A DNA stretch of 62,350 nucleotides, filler included, from Deltaproteobacteria bacterium (GCA_030698575.1; 12 parts of 12 records of this genome joined end to end with filler, not necessarily neighbours in it), one strand, 5' to 3'; shown: positions 29,008-40,346, counted from the whole stretch's first letter. The notes: a model not told the origin generated them from the sequence alone. A program made the numbers and translations.

Positions 29008-29547
29008 ATGCTGACTGCATTCATTCCCAGAGAAACCACCCCCGGCGAGACGCGCGCCTCGGCCACCCCCGACAGCGTCAAGCGCCTCGTCAAGGCCGGG
29101 CTCGCCATACAGGTCGAGCGTGGGGCCGGGCTCGGCGCGTCCATATCGGACGCCGCCTTCGAGCAGGCCGGCGCCGGCATCATCGCCGATGCGGGCGCGG
29201 GCTACGCGAGCGCCGACCTCGTCCTGAAGCTGCATCCTCCGGCGCCGGAGGAAGTCGCCCGGATGCGCGCCGGAGCCGCCCTCGTCAGCTTCATCCATGC
29301 CTACCGGAACCTTCCCCTCATAGAGCGGCTCCGCGACGGGCGCATCACGGCCTTCGCGATGGACGCCATCCCACGGCTCAGCCGCGCGCAGAAGATGGAC
29401 GCCCTCAGCAGCCAGGCCAACATCGCCGGCTACAAGGCCATTGTCATGGCCGCCGATGCGCTCGGTAAGCTCTTCCCGATGCTCATGACCGCCTCCGGCA
29501 CCATCAGACCCGCGCACGTGGTCGTGCTCGGGGCCGGTGTCGCCGGA
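29008..29547 (+). CDS. pntA: NAD(P) transhydrogenase subunit alpha, 3'-truncated
   Basis: GETRASATP, RAQKMDALSSQANIAGYKA, VLGAGVAG. Confidence 0.93.
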
Positions 29548-29647
29548 NNNNNNNNNNNNNNNNNNNNNNNNNNNNNNNNNNNNNNNNNNNNTTAATTAAT
29601 TAANNNNNNNNNNNNNNNNNNNNNNNNNNNNNNNNNNNNNNNNNNNN

Positions 29648-29848
29648 ACCGAGAAGAAGTGACCAGAAGCCGAACAGAAGGCGGTCGAGGGCGGAGAAGT
29701 TTGGAGCCCGATGACGAGACCGGCCGACGACCAGAAGCTGCTGCTTCAGGAGCACGCTCTCGGCAACGATGGCTCGCGCGCCGCCAGGGCGGAGGAGCCT
29801 GGCGATCGTGGTCAGCAGGTGCCCGAGGAGGATGAACAGGTGCTTCAT
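29648..29848 (-). mobile_element. N-terminus of integrase-core (rve) transposase-like protein, truncated
   Basis: PGGARAIVAESVLLKQQL...RAPN...DR resembles the leader of rve-type transposases. Confidence 0.55.
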
Positions 29849-29971
29849 GGCGGCGGAGACTAGGGCAGAATGACCTGGGGATCAAGCCGAACTGATTCGC
29901 TGATTTTCAGCCACAAATTGGAATTCGCCATGCACACCCACACCGTGTGTTGCACAAGCAGGATCGTCGGG

Positions 29972-30538
29972 CTATTCGGCGACAGCCGCCTCCCTGCAGG
30001 CTGCCTCCCATTCCGCTTCAAGGTTCAGCTCACGAACCCAGTGCTCGATGTAGTCTCGGTCGAGTTCACCCTTTCGTATCTTGAGAATTCCGGCGGAATC
30101 ATCGATCTGTCGCTGAGACCGCGCGGTCTTCGCCCATTCGAGCTTTGCGAGAAGGACGTCCTCCGCAGTCGCTACGTATAGACGGAGCCCGTGAAGATCC
30201 ACGGCTGCGCGCCGATCGAACTCCAACCGACTGAAGGGCCTCGATTTCCGCATGATGAGATCCACTTTCCAGCCCGTCGTCAGATCGACGACGTTGAACT
30301 GTGATTCCCGTGCGAGCGCCTCGAGCGCTGCATTCAGGTCAACGTAGTATTCGGCTTCTGGAAGAGAGCAAGTAAACGATCGTAATTGATCCGGCGAGGG
30401 CGCAATGACGATGTCGATGTCTTGCGTCGCGCGCGGAACGCCATGGTACGAACTCGCGAACGACCCCGTCAGCATGTACGGGATTCCCGCCCGATCGAGT
30501 GCATCGACAATCCGCCGGAAGATGTCCTGAGCGGTCAC
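29972..30538 (-). CDS. Nucleotidyltransferase-fold putative toxin (MenT1-like)
   Basis: YMLTGSFA-x-HGVPRATQDIDI and EDVLLAKLEW; GTGA overlap with the upstream gene. Confidence 0.7.
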   Translation of the reverse strand: MTAQDIFRRIVDALDRAGIPYMLTGSFASSYHGVPRATQDIDIVIAPSPDQLRSFTCSLPEAEYYVDLNAALEALARESQFNVVDLTTGWKVDLIMRKSRPFSRLEFDRRAAVDLHGLRLYVATAEDVLLAKLEWAKTARSQRQIDDSAGILKIRKGELDRDYIEHWVRELNLEAEWEAACREAAVAE

Positions 30539-30759
30539 TTCAACCCCGGGGGCAACGAGTCGGGCAAGAATGAATACCGCAGCAACTCTCGTCTGAACTG
30601 CGCCTCTGACCATTCGGGATGTGCGCTGCGAAGGCGCGCAAGCGACATCTCGCGAGCAGCGAGGCTAATCTCGAAGGCCAAATGCAGACGCTCGGCGCTC
30701 GACAGACTTCGATGGATTCCGGTCTGGAGTTCCTCAGCCTTGGAGCTTGTATCGCGCAC
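30535..30759 (-). CDS. Small helical putative antitoxin (Rv0078B/MenA1-like)
   Basis: 74 aa, DTS...AERL...HPEWS pattern; coupled to the nucleotidyltransferase gene. Confidence 0.6.
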   Translation of the reverse strand: MRDTSSKAEELQTGIHRSLSSAERLHLAFEISLAAREMSLARLRSAHPEWSEAQFRRELLRYSFLPDSLPPGLK

Positions 30760-30899
30760 GTCACCCCCTCTGAGGAGCGAGAGGCAAACAACGAATCGGC
30801 GGCAAGCTGTGCGTGGGAACGAGAGCCGCTTCGGATCCGAATTCAGGGAAAGACATGTCCGCAGTTCGCGCGATGGAGCCGTTCATCGCAGGGGCAACC

Positions 30900-31409
30900 C
30901 TACTCCCAGGGCATGCTCTCCCACGTGGCGAACTCCTGAATCGCGCTGTCGATGACGCTGTATCGCTCACGCCGTGCATTGACGCGCTCGGCATGCACCT
31001 TGGCGTCACGTAGAAGCCGCCTGAGGACATCGCCAAGCTCATCTCCGATCTCCTCCGGATCAGAAGTCTCCGAAGCCAAGAGGAGGGACTCGTCGACCGA
31101 GCCTTGTAACGGCTTGCCCCGGGCGGCTCGGAAGGCCACGCTGGCCGCATGCTGCAGCATACCCGCGATGACAACCGAGAGTCTATGTGTCCTACCATGC
31201 GGGACCAGCACCCTGAGCATGTCCACCCAGGTGGCGTACACCTGCGGGCCGACAACGGCGGCGAGGCTCCGCGCCGGCCGGACACGCGCGCTGCCGACTG
31301 GAGAACGCCGTCGGGCCGTGCTTCCGCAGGACCAAGAGGCAGGGCTTCTATCGAAGGCCTGATGCGCAACTTCCTTCAAGCTGGCGCTATTAACGCGACT
31401 CGTTACCAT
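30900..31409 (-). CDS. Hypothetical protein (start uncertain)
   Basis: Protein-like C-terminal two thirds. Confidence 0.45.
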   Translation of the reverse strand: MVTSRVNSASLKEVAHQAFDRSPASWSCGSTARRRSPVGSARVRPARSLAAVVGPQVYATWVDMLRVLVPHGRTHRLSVVIAGMLQHAASVAFRAARGKPLQGSVDESLLLASETSDPEEIGDELGDVLRRLLRDAKVHAERVNARRERYSVIDSAIQEFATWESMPWE

Positions 31410-31417
31410 CAGGCAAG

Positions 31418-31642
31418 ATGCGAACCTTCCGCTGCAAGGATACGGAGAAGGTTTGCCGCCGCGAGTTCTCCAAGAAGTTTCACACCCCGGCGTTAAGCGC
31501 GTCGCGGTACGAAAGCTCGTGATGATCGACGCGGCGGAGACGCTTCAGGACCTTCGGATCCCTCCCTCGAATCGTCTGGAAAAGCTCTCGGGGGATAGAA
31601 GAGGGCAACACAGCCTCCGTGTCAACAATGGGCGTCGGATAT
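31418..31642 (+). pseudogene. higB: HigB-type (plasmid maintenance killer) toxin, frameshifted and truncated
   Basis: MRTFRCKDTEK shifts frame near 31481-31485 into DLRIPPSNRLEKLSGDRRGQHSLRVN; C-terminus and higA absent. Confidence 0.8.
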
Positions 31643-31877
31643 CCTCGCCTTCCTCCAGCCCGCTCGCCACCGCAAGTCGCGCCACGCGTCGATCCCGCGG
31701 CCCGGCCATCGCGATTGCGCGGCGACCTCCGGTCTGGTATGCGAAAACGAAAAGCGGGGGATCGGTCAAAACGTCGCTTCAACCGATGCTCGCCGCGCGC
31801 CCACCAAACCACCCTGAGAGCAATCCTCCGCCACGGCGCCCACGGTTCTCGCTCCGGCCGGGGTCTGAAGGAAACCG

Positions 31878-32483
31878 ATGATCGTGCTTCACGCGGGCTA
31901 CCTCGCGGAACGCCTTCTCCTCTGGGGCGAAATGCCCCGGGAGGCGGACCCTCGTCCCGCGAGGCGCGGGGGACGACGGGCCTCCTTGCCGCCGCTGCCC
32001 TATGACGCCGACCTGGATGCGTTGTCGGCGGCCATGAAGAAAGCAGGGCTCGGCTTCAGCGCGACCGGGCGGAACGCTTCGGGGGCCGTCGCCTGGTTGC
32101 CCACCGCGGGCAACGAGGCCGTGGCTTCCAGCCCGCTCGTGGCGGAACCACCCAAAGCCCGGTCCACCATCACGATCGCTCCCTGGAAGATCACGGCGTG
32201 CCGGCTCTCGCCCGAACGGACCGTCGATCTTCTCTGCGCCTGCGTGGAAAAGGAAACGCTGGCGCCCGGCGTGGTCGTGGGAGCGGACCTGGCGTTCTGG
32301 GCCACCGCCATGCGCCTGGCGGGTGCGACGGTCGCGCGGCAGAAGTTCCTTCCCGACGTGGTCCTGGAGAACGGCACCTGGTACGCCCGCTGGAAGCCCG
32401 TTCTCGCCGGCCCCGACGCTCAGGCGTTGGGAAAGCTCGCCGCAGCCATGCCGGCCGTCGCGCGGGCGCTCACGCTCGAAGGG
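31878..32483 (+). CDS. N-terminus of SNF2-family helicase, truncated
   Basis: MIVLHA...LLLWGE and DLAFW...ARWKP typical of SNF2-associated N-domains; no ATPase motifs in view. Confidence 0.65.
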
Positions 32484-32583
32484 NNNNNNNNNNNNNNNNN
32501 NNNNNNNNNNNNNNNNNNNNNNNNNNNTTAATTAATTAANNNNNNNNNNNNNNNNNNNNNNNNNNNNNNNNNNNNNNNNNNNN

Positions 32584-33883
32584 GGCGGATGTCGACGCCA
32601 TCGAGGAAGATCTGCCCGGACTGCGGCTCGTAAAACCGCGCCAGAAGCTTGATGATGCTCGTCTTCCCCGCGCCCGTATGCCCCACCAGCGCGATCTTCT
32701 CCCCCGGCTTCACAATGAAAGAGACGTCGTGAAGGATGACGTCGCCCGGGTTGTAGGCGAACGTCACGTTGCGGAACTCGATCTCCCCGCGGACGCGATC
32801 GAGCCGGACGGGATCGGACGGTTCATCGATCTCGACGGGTGTGTCGAGGAGCTGGAAGATGCGCTCGGAAGCCGCCATCGCCGCCTGCATGACGGTGTAC
32901 TTGGCCGAAAGATCCCGGATCGGCTCGAAGAACTTGCCGATCCAGTCGATGAAAGCGTAGAGCGTGCCGATGGTGATCCCGGCCTCCAGCATGCCCGGGG
33001 TCCGCTCGCCCAGGATGCGCGTGTAGACCAGCCCTGCCCCGTACCAGATCACAAGCGCGATCGTGAGCCGCCCGGCGGCCTCGACCACGGCGAAGAGCAA
33101 CGCGTCGTACTTGATCGAGAGGAAGTTCGCGTCCCGGTGCTCCGCGTTGACTTCCTCGAATTCCGCGAGATTGTGCTTCTCCCTCACGTAGAGCTGGACG
33201 ATCTGCATTCCGCTCAGCGATTCCTGGAGATAGGAGTTGATGCGCGCGATCTTCACCCGGATGGCCCTGTAGGCGTCGCGCATCCGCATGCGGAAGAACC
33301 ACGCCACCAGGAAGAGCACGGGCACGATCGAGAAGGTCACCAGAGAAAGGCGCGCATTGACGCTCAGCATGACGACGACGATGCCGGTCATCTTCACGAA
33401 GTCGCCGACGAGCGAGACGAGCCCGCTCGTGAACATCTCGTTCAGCGCCTCGACGTCGTTGGTCAGCCGCGTCATGATGCGCCCGATCGGATTCCGGTCG
33501 AGATAGCGGTTCGGCAGGCGCTGGAGGTGCTCGAACATGGCGCTGCGGAGACCGCGCATCGCGCGCTGGCCGGTGATGCTGAGTATGTAGAGGTAGAGGT
33601 ACTGCAACAGCGTGTGCGCGACCAGGGCGACGGCGAAGGCCAGCGCCACCCAGGCGAGGCCGTCGAGCTTCCGTTGTGACAGGTTCTGGTCGATCCCGTA
33701 CTTCACGATCAGCGGCTGGATGATCTCTACACCGGCAAGCAGTGGAAGGATGGCCAGAGATATCCAGATCAGCCGGCTGTGGGGCGAGATGTAGATCCAC
33801 AGCCGCCGGAGCAAACGCCCGTCGTAGGCCTTGCCAAGGGCCTGCTCATCATGGATGCTTTCTTTTTGCGCAACAGCCGCCAC
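32584..33883 (-). CDS. ABC exporter subunit (MdlB/YheH-like), 3'-truncated
   Basis: TM domain and GHTGAGKT Walker A. Confidence 0.92.
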
Positions 33884-33888
33884 GGCGC

Positions 33889-35688
33889 CTACTCCTCCTC
33901 CAGCGATCTTTCCACGAGCTGCTCCTGGTACATCGAAGCGTATACGCCCGATTGCACGAGCAACTCCGCGTGCGAGCCCCGTTCCAGGATCTCCCCCTCC
34001 TCGAGCACGACGATCTGGTCGGCGTCCTTCACGGTCGACACCCTGTGGGAGATCAAGATGAGTGTCCGCCCTCGCTTGAATTCGCGCAGGTGCCCCAGGA
34101 TTCGCTCTTCCGTCTGGGTGTCAACGCTCGAGAGCGAGTCGTCGAGAATCAGGACTTTCGGGTCGAGCAGCAGAGCCCGGGCCAGGGCGACACGCTGGCG
34201 CTGGCCGCCCGAGAGCGTGAACCCCCTCTCTCCCACCACGGTGTCGAGTCCGTTTGGAAATTCACGAATGTCATCGATGACCCCCGCGAGGGTCGCCGCT
34301 TCCTCCACCTCTGCCTCGGTGGCGGCGGGCTTCCCGAAGCGGATGTTGTCCCGCACGCTCATTGAGAAGAGGAACGCTTCCTGCGGCGCGAAGGCGATCT
34401 GGCGGCGCAGGGTCGCGATGGGGATCTCGTGGAGGTCGTGCCCGTCGAGCAGGATCTTCCCCTCCTCCACCTCGTAGAGATGGGGGACGAGCGAGGCCAG
34501 CGTCGACTTCCCCGACCCCGTGTGCCCCACGATCGCAAGGCTGCTTCCCGCCGGAACGTCCAGGCTGATCCGCCGCAGCACGGGCCGGCCTGCGCCGTCC
34601 CGCCCGTCTGCAGCGCCGTTGGTGGCGGGATAGGAGAAATCGAGATCACGGAAAGTGATGGAGCCGGCAAGCGTTTCGATGGGCCGGGTCCGATCGTCGT
34701 CGCGAATGGAGGGAACGGTCTCGAAGATCTCGTTCAGGCGGTTCATCCCCGACAGGCCGCGCTGCACCATGGAAAGGACCCAGCCGAGAATGAAGGTAGG
34801 CCAGGTGAGCTGGAAGACATAGAGAGAGAACGCGATGAAGCCGCCCAGGCTCAGCTCCCCCCCCACCACGTGGCGCCCCCCGGCGAAGAGCACGATGAGG
34901 AGCCCCAGCCCCGGCACCGTCGACACCACGGGCATCATGAGGCTCGATACGCGGGCGAGACCGAGATTCGCCCAGTACAGCCGCTCGTTGGCGCCTTCGA
35001 ACTTCTTGGCCTCGGTGTCCTCGCGGGCATAGGCGCGCACGACGCTCTGCCCCGAGAGGTTCTCCTGGATGAGCGACGAAAAGCTCGATAGCTCCACCTG
35101 GGTGCGAAGGCTGGTGTCGTGCAGGCTCCGGCCGAACCTGCGCGCGATCAGCAACAGAAGCGGGAATGGAATGAGGCTCCAGAGGGTGAGCTTCGGATCG
35201 ATGAGCGCCATGGCGAAGAGCGTCATCCCGTAGGAGATCGGCGTGTTCACCACGTTCAGCACGCCCGGCCCGGTGAGCAGCCGGACGCCCGTCAGGTCGT
35301 TGGTGAGCCGTGACATCACGTCGCCGGTGCGGATGCGGGCGTAGAAGCTCTGTGGGAGCTTCTGGAGATGGGCGAAGAGATGGTTGCGCATGTCGTATTC
35401 GATGTCGCGCCCGGCGTTGAAGACCACGATGCGCGACACCGTGCGGAAGATCATGGCGCCGATGGCGGCCAGGATCATGCCGATGACGAAGGGGAGGATG
35501 CGGCTCGGTTCGGCGCCTCCGCGCAGCAGATCGATGGCGTACTTCGACAGCCATGGATAGGTGATGTTGAGGCCGTTCGTCGCGATGAGGAGAAGGAGGC
35601 CGAGGAGATACTTGCCGCGATTGGCGAACCCGTAGGTAAGCAGGCGCTTGCGAGCCCGCACGCGGCTTTCGGGAGTGTAGTAGCTCAT
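33889..35688 (-). CDS. ABC exporter subunit (MdlA/YheI-like)
   Basis: GHTGSGKS, LSGGQRQR, ILDD (degenerate Walker B of heterodimeric exporters). Confidence 0.93.
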   Translation of the reverse strand: MSYYTPESRVRARKRLLTYGFANRGKYLLGLLLLIATNGLNITYPWLSKYAIDLLRGGAEPSRILPFVIGMILAAIGAMIFRTVSRIVVFNAGRDIEYDMRNHLFAHLQKLPQSFYARIRTGDVMSRLTNDLTGVRLLTGPGVLNVVNTPISYGMTLFAMALIDPKLTLWSLIPFPLLLLIARRFGRSLHDTSLRTQVELSSFSSLIQENLSGQSVVRAYAREDTEAKKFEGANERLYWANLGLARVSSLMMPVVSTVPGLGLLIVLFAGGRHVVGGELSLGGFIAFSLYVFQLTWPTFILGWVLSMVQRGLSGMNRLNEIFETVPSIRDDDRTRPIETLAGSITFRDLDFSYPATNGAADGRDGAGRPVLRRISLDVPAGSSLAIVGHTGSGKSTLASLVPHLYEVEEGKILLDGHDLHEIPIATLRRQIAFAPQEAFLFSMSVRDNIRFGKPAATEAEVEEAATLAGVIDDIREFPNGLDTVVGERGFTLSGGQRQRVALARALLLDPKVLILDDSLSSVDTQTEERILGHLREFKRGRTLILISHRVSTVKDADQIVVLEEGEILERGSHAELLVQSGVYASMYQEQLVERSLEEE

Positions 35689-35874
35689 GAGGCGGCGAAT
35701 TCCCGTGGAACCTGCACGATGCGAGGGCGGCGCGAAAGGCGCCTCGTCCCTCATGAAAATGGGCGCTGCCGGCCGCCCAGCAGGCCAGACACCCGATCGC
35801 GAAGGTCTGAACGGGCTTCACTATACCCTGCGCGGCCCCCGAACGTCCACGGCATGCCCGCGCGGGGCCTTCGC

Positions 35875-35905
35875 TTGACAATCCGTCGGCCGGAGACCTA
35901 TAGAT
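35875..35905 (+). promoter_or_regulatory. Candidate sigma70 promoter
   Basis: TTGACA at 35875 and TATAGAT at 35899. Confidence 0.45.
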
Positions 35906-35955
35906 AGGACGCTCAAGAGAGCCAGACCCTTCCAGAAATCAAGGAGACCCCTGCG

Positions 35956-36579
35956 ATGAAAACAGTGATGACCGCCCTGCTGATCGTGCTTGCCGTTTCG
36001 GCGGCGGGCTGCTTCGGGGCCAGCGTGGACACCGACTACAACGCGGATGCCTCAAAACTTCTTGCCGGACACCCCAAGATTCCCGCTACCGCGGCCCTGA
36101 TCATCGCGCCGGATCAGCGCGAGCGCAAAGACTCCGCCTCGAAGCTCGGCATCAAGGTGACCGTGAAGAGCGGTGATTCGCTCGTCGGTGTCAACAAGGC
36201 GGCCGTCTCGCAGATGTTCGACAGCGTGGTCGAGGGTGAAACTGTCGGCGCCAGGACTGATGCCGACATCCAGCTCGAGCCGAAGGTGACCGACGTGATC
36301 ACGCAGGTTCACGGCATCGGCATCATCGTGCACGTGACCGCCATCGGGAAGTTCCAGCTCACGGCCTATGACAAGGACGCCAATCAGATCTGGATGAAGG
36401 AGACGAGTTCGAAGTTCGAGTCGCCCAGCATGTTCGGGCTGAAGGCGCTCGTCAACCGGAATCAGATCGCCAAGGACACCTACGACACGTTCCTCCCGGG
36501 CTGGAAGGAGCTGTTCGATGACTTCTACGGTTCCCAGGAAGTCATGAGCTACCTCGGGAGCATCGGCAAAGCGCCCTGA
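35956..36579 (+). CDS. Hypothetical lipoprotein
   Basis: AAGGAG RBS; AAGC lipobox. Confidence 0.8.
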   Translation: MKTVMTALLIVLAVSAAGCFGASVDTDYNADASKLLAGHPKIPATAALIIAPDQRERKDSASKLGIKVTVKSGDSLVGVNKAAVSQMFDSVVEGETVGARTDADIQLEPKVTDVITQVHGIGIIVHVTAIGKFQLTAYDKDANQIWMKETSSKFESPSMFGLKALVNRNQIAKDTYDTFLPGWKELFDDFYGSQEVMSYLGSIGKAP

Positions 36580-36613
36580 CCTCGGGCCTTCCCTGAATTA
36601 CGCTTTGAAACAA

Positions 36614-36642
36614 CAAAGACCCGGGCGCCGCCCGGGTCTTTG
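36614..36642. terminator. Bidirectional terminator hairpin
   Basis: 13-bp perfect stem CAAAGACCCGGGC/GCCCGGGTCTTTG between convergent genes. Confidence 0.75.
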
Positions 36643-36672
36643 CGTTGGCCAGGCTGCGGGGCCGGCGAGAGA

Positions 36673-36888
36673 TCACTGCCGCGCGAGGACCTTTTCGAGC
36701 TCCTCCACGCGGCGCTTCGCCGTGCGCGCCCCGGGGGCGTCGGGAAAGCGCTGGAGGAAAATGCGGTAGGAGGCGAGGGCATCGTTCGGATGATTGGTGT
36801 CCAGGAGAAGCCGTGAAAGCAACAGCCGGGCGCGAGCGTTTGCCGGATCCCGGGCCACGGCTGCGCGCAGCGCCGCAAGCGCCTGCTC
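36673..36888 (-). CDS. C-terminus of TPR-like protein
   Basis: ALASYRIFLQRFPDAP TPR-like helix pair. Confidence 0.55.
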   Translation of the reverse strand, partial: EQALAALRAAVARDPANARARLLLSRLLLDTNHPNDALASYRIFLQRFPDAPGARTAKRRVEELEKVLARQ

Positions 36889-36990
36889 ATNNNNNNNNNN
36901 NNNNNNNNNNNNNNNNNNNNNNNNNNNNNNNNNNTTAATTAATTAANNNNNNNNNNNNNNNNNNNNNNNNNNNNNNNNNNNNNNNNNNNN

Positions 36991-38228
36991 AGGACGGCTC
37001 CACGTTCCCCGTGGAGTGCATTTGCACGCCTATCATCGAGGAAGGGCGAATGGTCGGGGTGGTCGCCACCTTCAACGACATCACGCCACGAAAGCGCGCC
37101 GAGGAATTGCGCTACCACGCGCAGATCCTCAGTCAGGTGCCCGATGCGGTCCTCGTGATCGACGAGGCCGGGAGTATCAGGTTCTGGAGCAAGGGGGCAG
37201 AAAGTCTCGCCGGCTATTCCTCGCAGGAGGTGCTGGGTAAGAGCCTCGGTCTCCTTCTCGCCGAGGGAGATCCCGGGGGGGGACTCCCCGCGATCCTGTA
37301 TCGAATTTCGGGGGAGGGCCCTCTGGAGGATTATCAGGGAGAGCATCTCGTTCACCGCAAGGATGGACAGAACAGGCTCATCGCGATCCATCTCTCCCCC
37401 TCACCCGACCCTGATGGAACAGGCCGCAACTGGATCGGCGTGGCCCAGGATGTCACCGAGGCGCGCAGCCTCCAGGAAGAGATCGTCCAGACGCAGCGGA
37501 TGGCCGAGGTGGGGACCCTGGCGGCAGGCGTGGCCCACGAGATCAACAATCCGCTCACCGTGCTATCGGGAAACATCCAGTGGTTGCTGGAACGGGCAGG
37601 CCCCGACGACCCGGATCGCGCGCGATACGAGCAGATGAAGCGGGTAAGCGATCGAATCGGCGAGGTGGTCAAAGGCCTGGGGCGGATCTCCGCGCCCCGC
37701 GGCGAGCAGTGGGCACTCGCGAACCCGAACGAGGTCGTGGAAGAGATGCTCATGCTGGTGGAACAGTTGCATTCGCGGGAGGGTGTGCAACTCGTCCGGC
37801 GCTATACGAAGGATCTTCCCAAGCTCAGGCTACTCCAGAACGGGCTTCAGCAGCTCCTGCTGAACATCGTCATGAATGCGCTCGACGCCATCGAGGGCGA
37901 CGGCAAGGTCATCATCGAGACCAGCCACGGGGCGGATTCCTTCGCCCCCCGCCTGAATGTCCTCTCGGCGCCCGATGCCTCTCAGGAGAACGGGACTTCA
38001 GGGTTGCCGAGCGTGGCCATCCGAATCTCGGACACGGGATGCGGGATTCCGAAGGAAAATCTGTCGCGCATCTTCCTCCCCTTCTTCACTACCAAAGAGC
38101 CGGGCAAGGGCACAGGGCTGGGACTGGCGGTGGCCCGCTCGATTGTTTCGATTCATCAGGGAAGCATCGAGGTAGAGAGCGAGGTGGGGCGGGGAACCGC
38201 TTTCACCGTGACGCTCCCCGCGTCCTGA
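36991..38228 (+). CDS. PAS-domain histidine kinase, 5'-truncated
   Basis: AHEINNPL, NALDA, DTGCG, PFFTTK, GTGLGL. Confidence 0.93.
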
Positions 38229-38235
38229 CGGCCTT

Positions 38236-40020
38236 TCAGATCGGGTCGGCCTTGCCGAGGAACTGCCGCCGGGGATCGAACAGGCGGAGCAGCGCCGTTT
38301 CCTCCGGCGTGGCGGGAGGGACGAGGGCGACGTCCGCGGCCACCCGCAACGGCCAGCCGCAACGCGCCGCGGCCCGCCGGGCAAGCTCATCCACCGTTGA
38401 ACTCCCGTCCGGAAAAACCCCTGTCAGAACCAGCTCGCTCCCGGCTTCGAGAGGCCAGGGGCGCTCCATCACGCCCAGATCGGTCACCACCGTGCTCACA
38501 TTCCTGCCGGGGCTCGTGATGTAGGGCACGTGTTCGGGAAATCGCGCCACGTCCTGCCGCGCGCACACCACCACCTCCCGGGCCGCGCTCGCGATGTCGT
38601 TCGCACCGCCGCTGCCCACGAGATAGGTTTCTCCCGGTATCTTCGTCGAGTTCAGGTTGCCCCGGCGATCCACCTGCCCCGCCCCCAGCGCCCCGATGCA
38701 CCGATTGTTCCTTCCACCCATGAAGATGCCCATGGTCGTCTCGATCCCCGTCAGCAGCTTGCAGGTGGGAAGATTGCGGAAGTTGAAGATGAAAGGGTCT
38801 GCGGGGCGCGGGGAGTAGCCGTAGAAGCCGAGCTCGGCCATCAGCTCGCTGTCCACACCTTGCTCCTGCAACTTCACGTTCGCGAGCCAGGCGGCCAGAT
38901 TGGAGGCGCCGACGCCGGCCAGGATTGTCTGGTAAGCAGCCTCCCGCGACCGCTCGACTATGCGCCGGCCGGCCGCCGCGATCATCGTTTCGACGGCGGT
39001 CGGAGGCGCGTCGAGATCAATCTGCGCCGAAAGCTCCTCCAGCTCGGGCCGCCAGGAATCCCCATCGGCCTTCCCCTTGAGGAAGTGAATTCGGTCGGGG
39101 CCGAGCTTTCTGAGGTAGGCGTCGTGATCGGGGAGGTCGAGGACCCAGTCCTTCACCCACCGATCGAGATCCCGTTCCGATCGCGAGGCCATCCGGATCT
39201 CGTTCAGGAACGTGTAGTCCTCGGCGTAGGCCTCCAGTTCCGGAATTCCCCGGTTCGACATGCCGGCGGGATGGGCGCCGAAGGGCGCGAGACAGACGGC
39301 GCGCACGGCGTAGGAGGGAATTCGCACGAGGTGATTGTTGCGCCGCAGAAAGTCCGCCGACACCACCCGCTCGACGCTCAGGATCGCGCCTTCCTTCGCC
39401 GCCAGAGCACCGTAGATGTCCTCGCCATAGGGGGGCGCGATAATGGCGTTGCCCGCCGGATCGGCGGCCCAGGCGTGCACGAAACTCACGTCGGGCTCGA
39501 GGGCGCGGACCATGCCCACCGAGGCATCCTCGTCCAGCACCTGAAAAAAATCGCGATTTTCCTCCGCCATGCTGCTGCCCACCAGCGACCGCGTCGGGTG
39601 CCAGGGAACGCCCATCGCGCCGGCCTTGAGTCGGAGCGGGAGCGTTAGCATCGACCAGTTCTCGATCTCGAGCGTTTTCTCGCGGTAGGCCTTCAGGTAG
39701 ACCGGGTTCGGCCCCGGTGTGGGATAGGAGTCCCCGCAAAAAGTGGTGATGACCCGCTTCAAGAGGCCGGCATGCACGAGGGCGACGGAGATCCCGGTCG
39801 CGCTGATGGTCACGAGGGTGAACCCCGGATCCCGCCCTGCAAACTGCCGCACCAGTTCCAGCATCGATGCGTGAGGGCGGCTGGTCGTCGAGAGGATGTG
39901 CACCATCATCCCCGGGCGAACGAACCGCCGAACCGCTTCGGCAAGCGGCATGACCTTGTCTGAGCCCCCGCCCGGCCGGACGGCCAGGGGCCCGTCGATG
40001 AACTTTTCGAATCGGCGCAA
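38236..40020 (-). CDS. Fused alpha/beta family I CoA-transferase (glutaconate CoA-transferase-like); start uncertain
   Basis: LKAGAMGVP, HAWAADPAGN, GAGQVDRRGNLNST, LVGSGGANDI, VVTDLG. Confidence 0.85.
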   Translation of the reverse strand: MRRFEKFIDGPLAVRPGGGSDKVMPLAEAVRRFVRPGMMVHILSTTSRPHASMLELVRQFAGRDPGFTLVTISATGISVALVHAGLLKRVITTFCGDSYPTPGPNPVYLKAYREKTLEIENWSMLTLPLRLKAGAMGVPWHPTRSLVGSSMAEENRDFFQVLDEDASVGMVRALEPDVSFVHAWAADPAGNAIIAPPYGEDIYGALAAKEGAILSVERVVSADFLRRNNHLVRIPSYAVRAVCLAPFGAHPAGMSNRGIPELEAYAEDYTFLNEIRMASRSERDLDRWVKDWVLDLPDHDAYLRKLGPDRIHFLKGKADGDSWRPELEELSAQIDLDAPPTAVETMIAAAGRRIVERSREAAYQTILAGVGASNLAAWLANVKLQEQGVDSELMAELGFYGYSPRPADPFIFNFRNLPTCKLLTGIETTMGIFMGGRNNRCIGALGAGQVDRRGNLNSTKIPGETYLVGSGGANDIASAAREVVVCARQDVARFPEHVPYITSPGRNVSTVVTDLGVMERPWPLEAGSELVLTGVFPDGSSTVDELARRAAARCGWPLRVAADVALVPPATPEETALLRLFDPRRQFLGKADPI

Positions 40021-40346
40021 AAGAGGCCCTCCCTGGGCAGGCTGCCGCCTGACGCGCCGCACTGCCCCCAAGTTCCTGGAAATCCTATTACTTCAGCCCT
40101 TCTCGCGCAACGCACGCTTCCCGCCACATTCCGCTCCACCCGGGCAGGCCGCCTGCCGATAGGAGAAGTGGGGACGCGGGTCGGGCTGCGCCCCGTCGTG
40201 ACCCAAACAATCGTGACCTGGACAGTCGTGACCTTTCAAGGAAGGCNNNNNNNNNNNNNNNNNNNNNNNNNNNNNNNNNNNNNNNNNNNNTTAATTAATT
40301 AANNNNNNNNNNNNNNNNNNNNNNNNNNNNNNNNNNNNNNNNNNNN

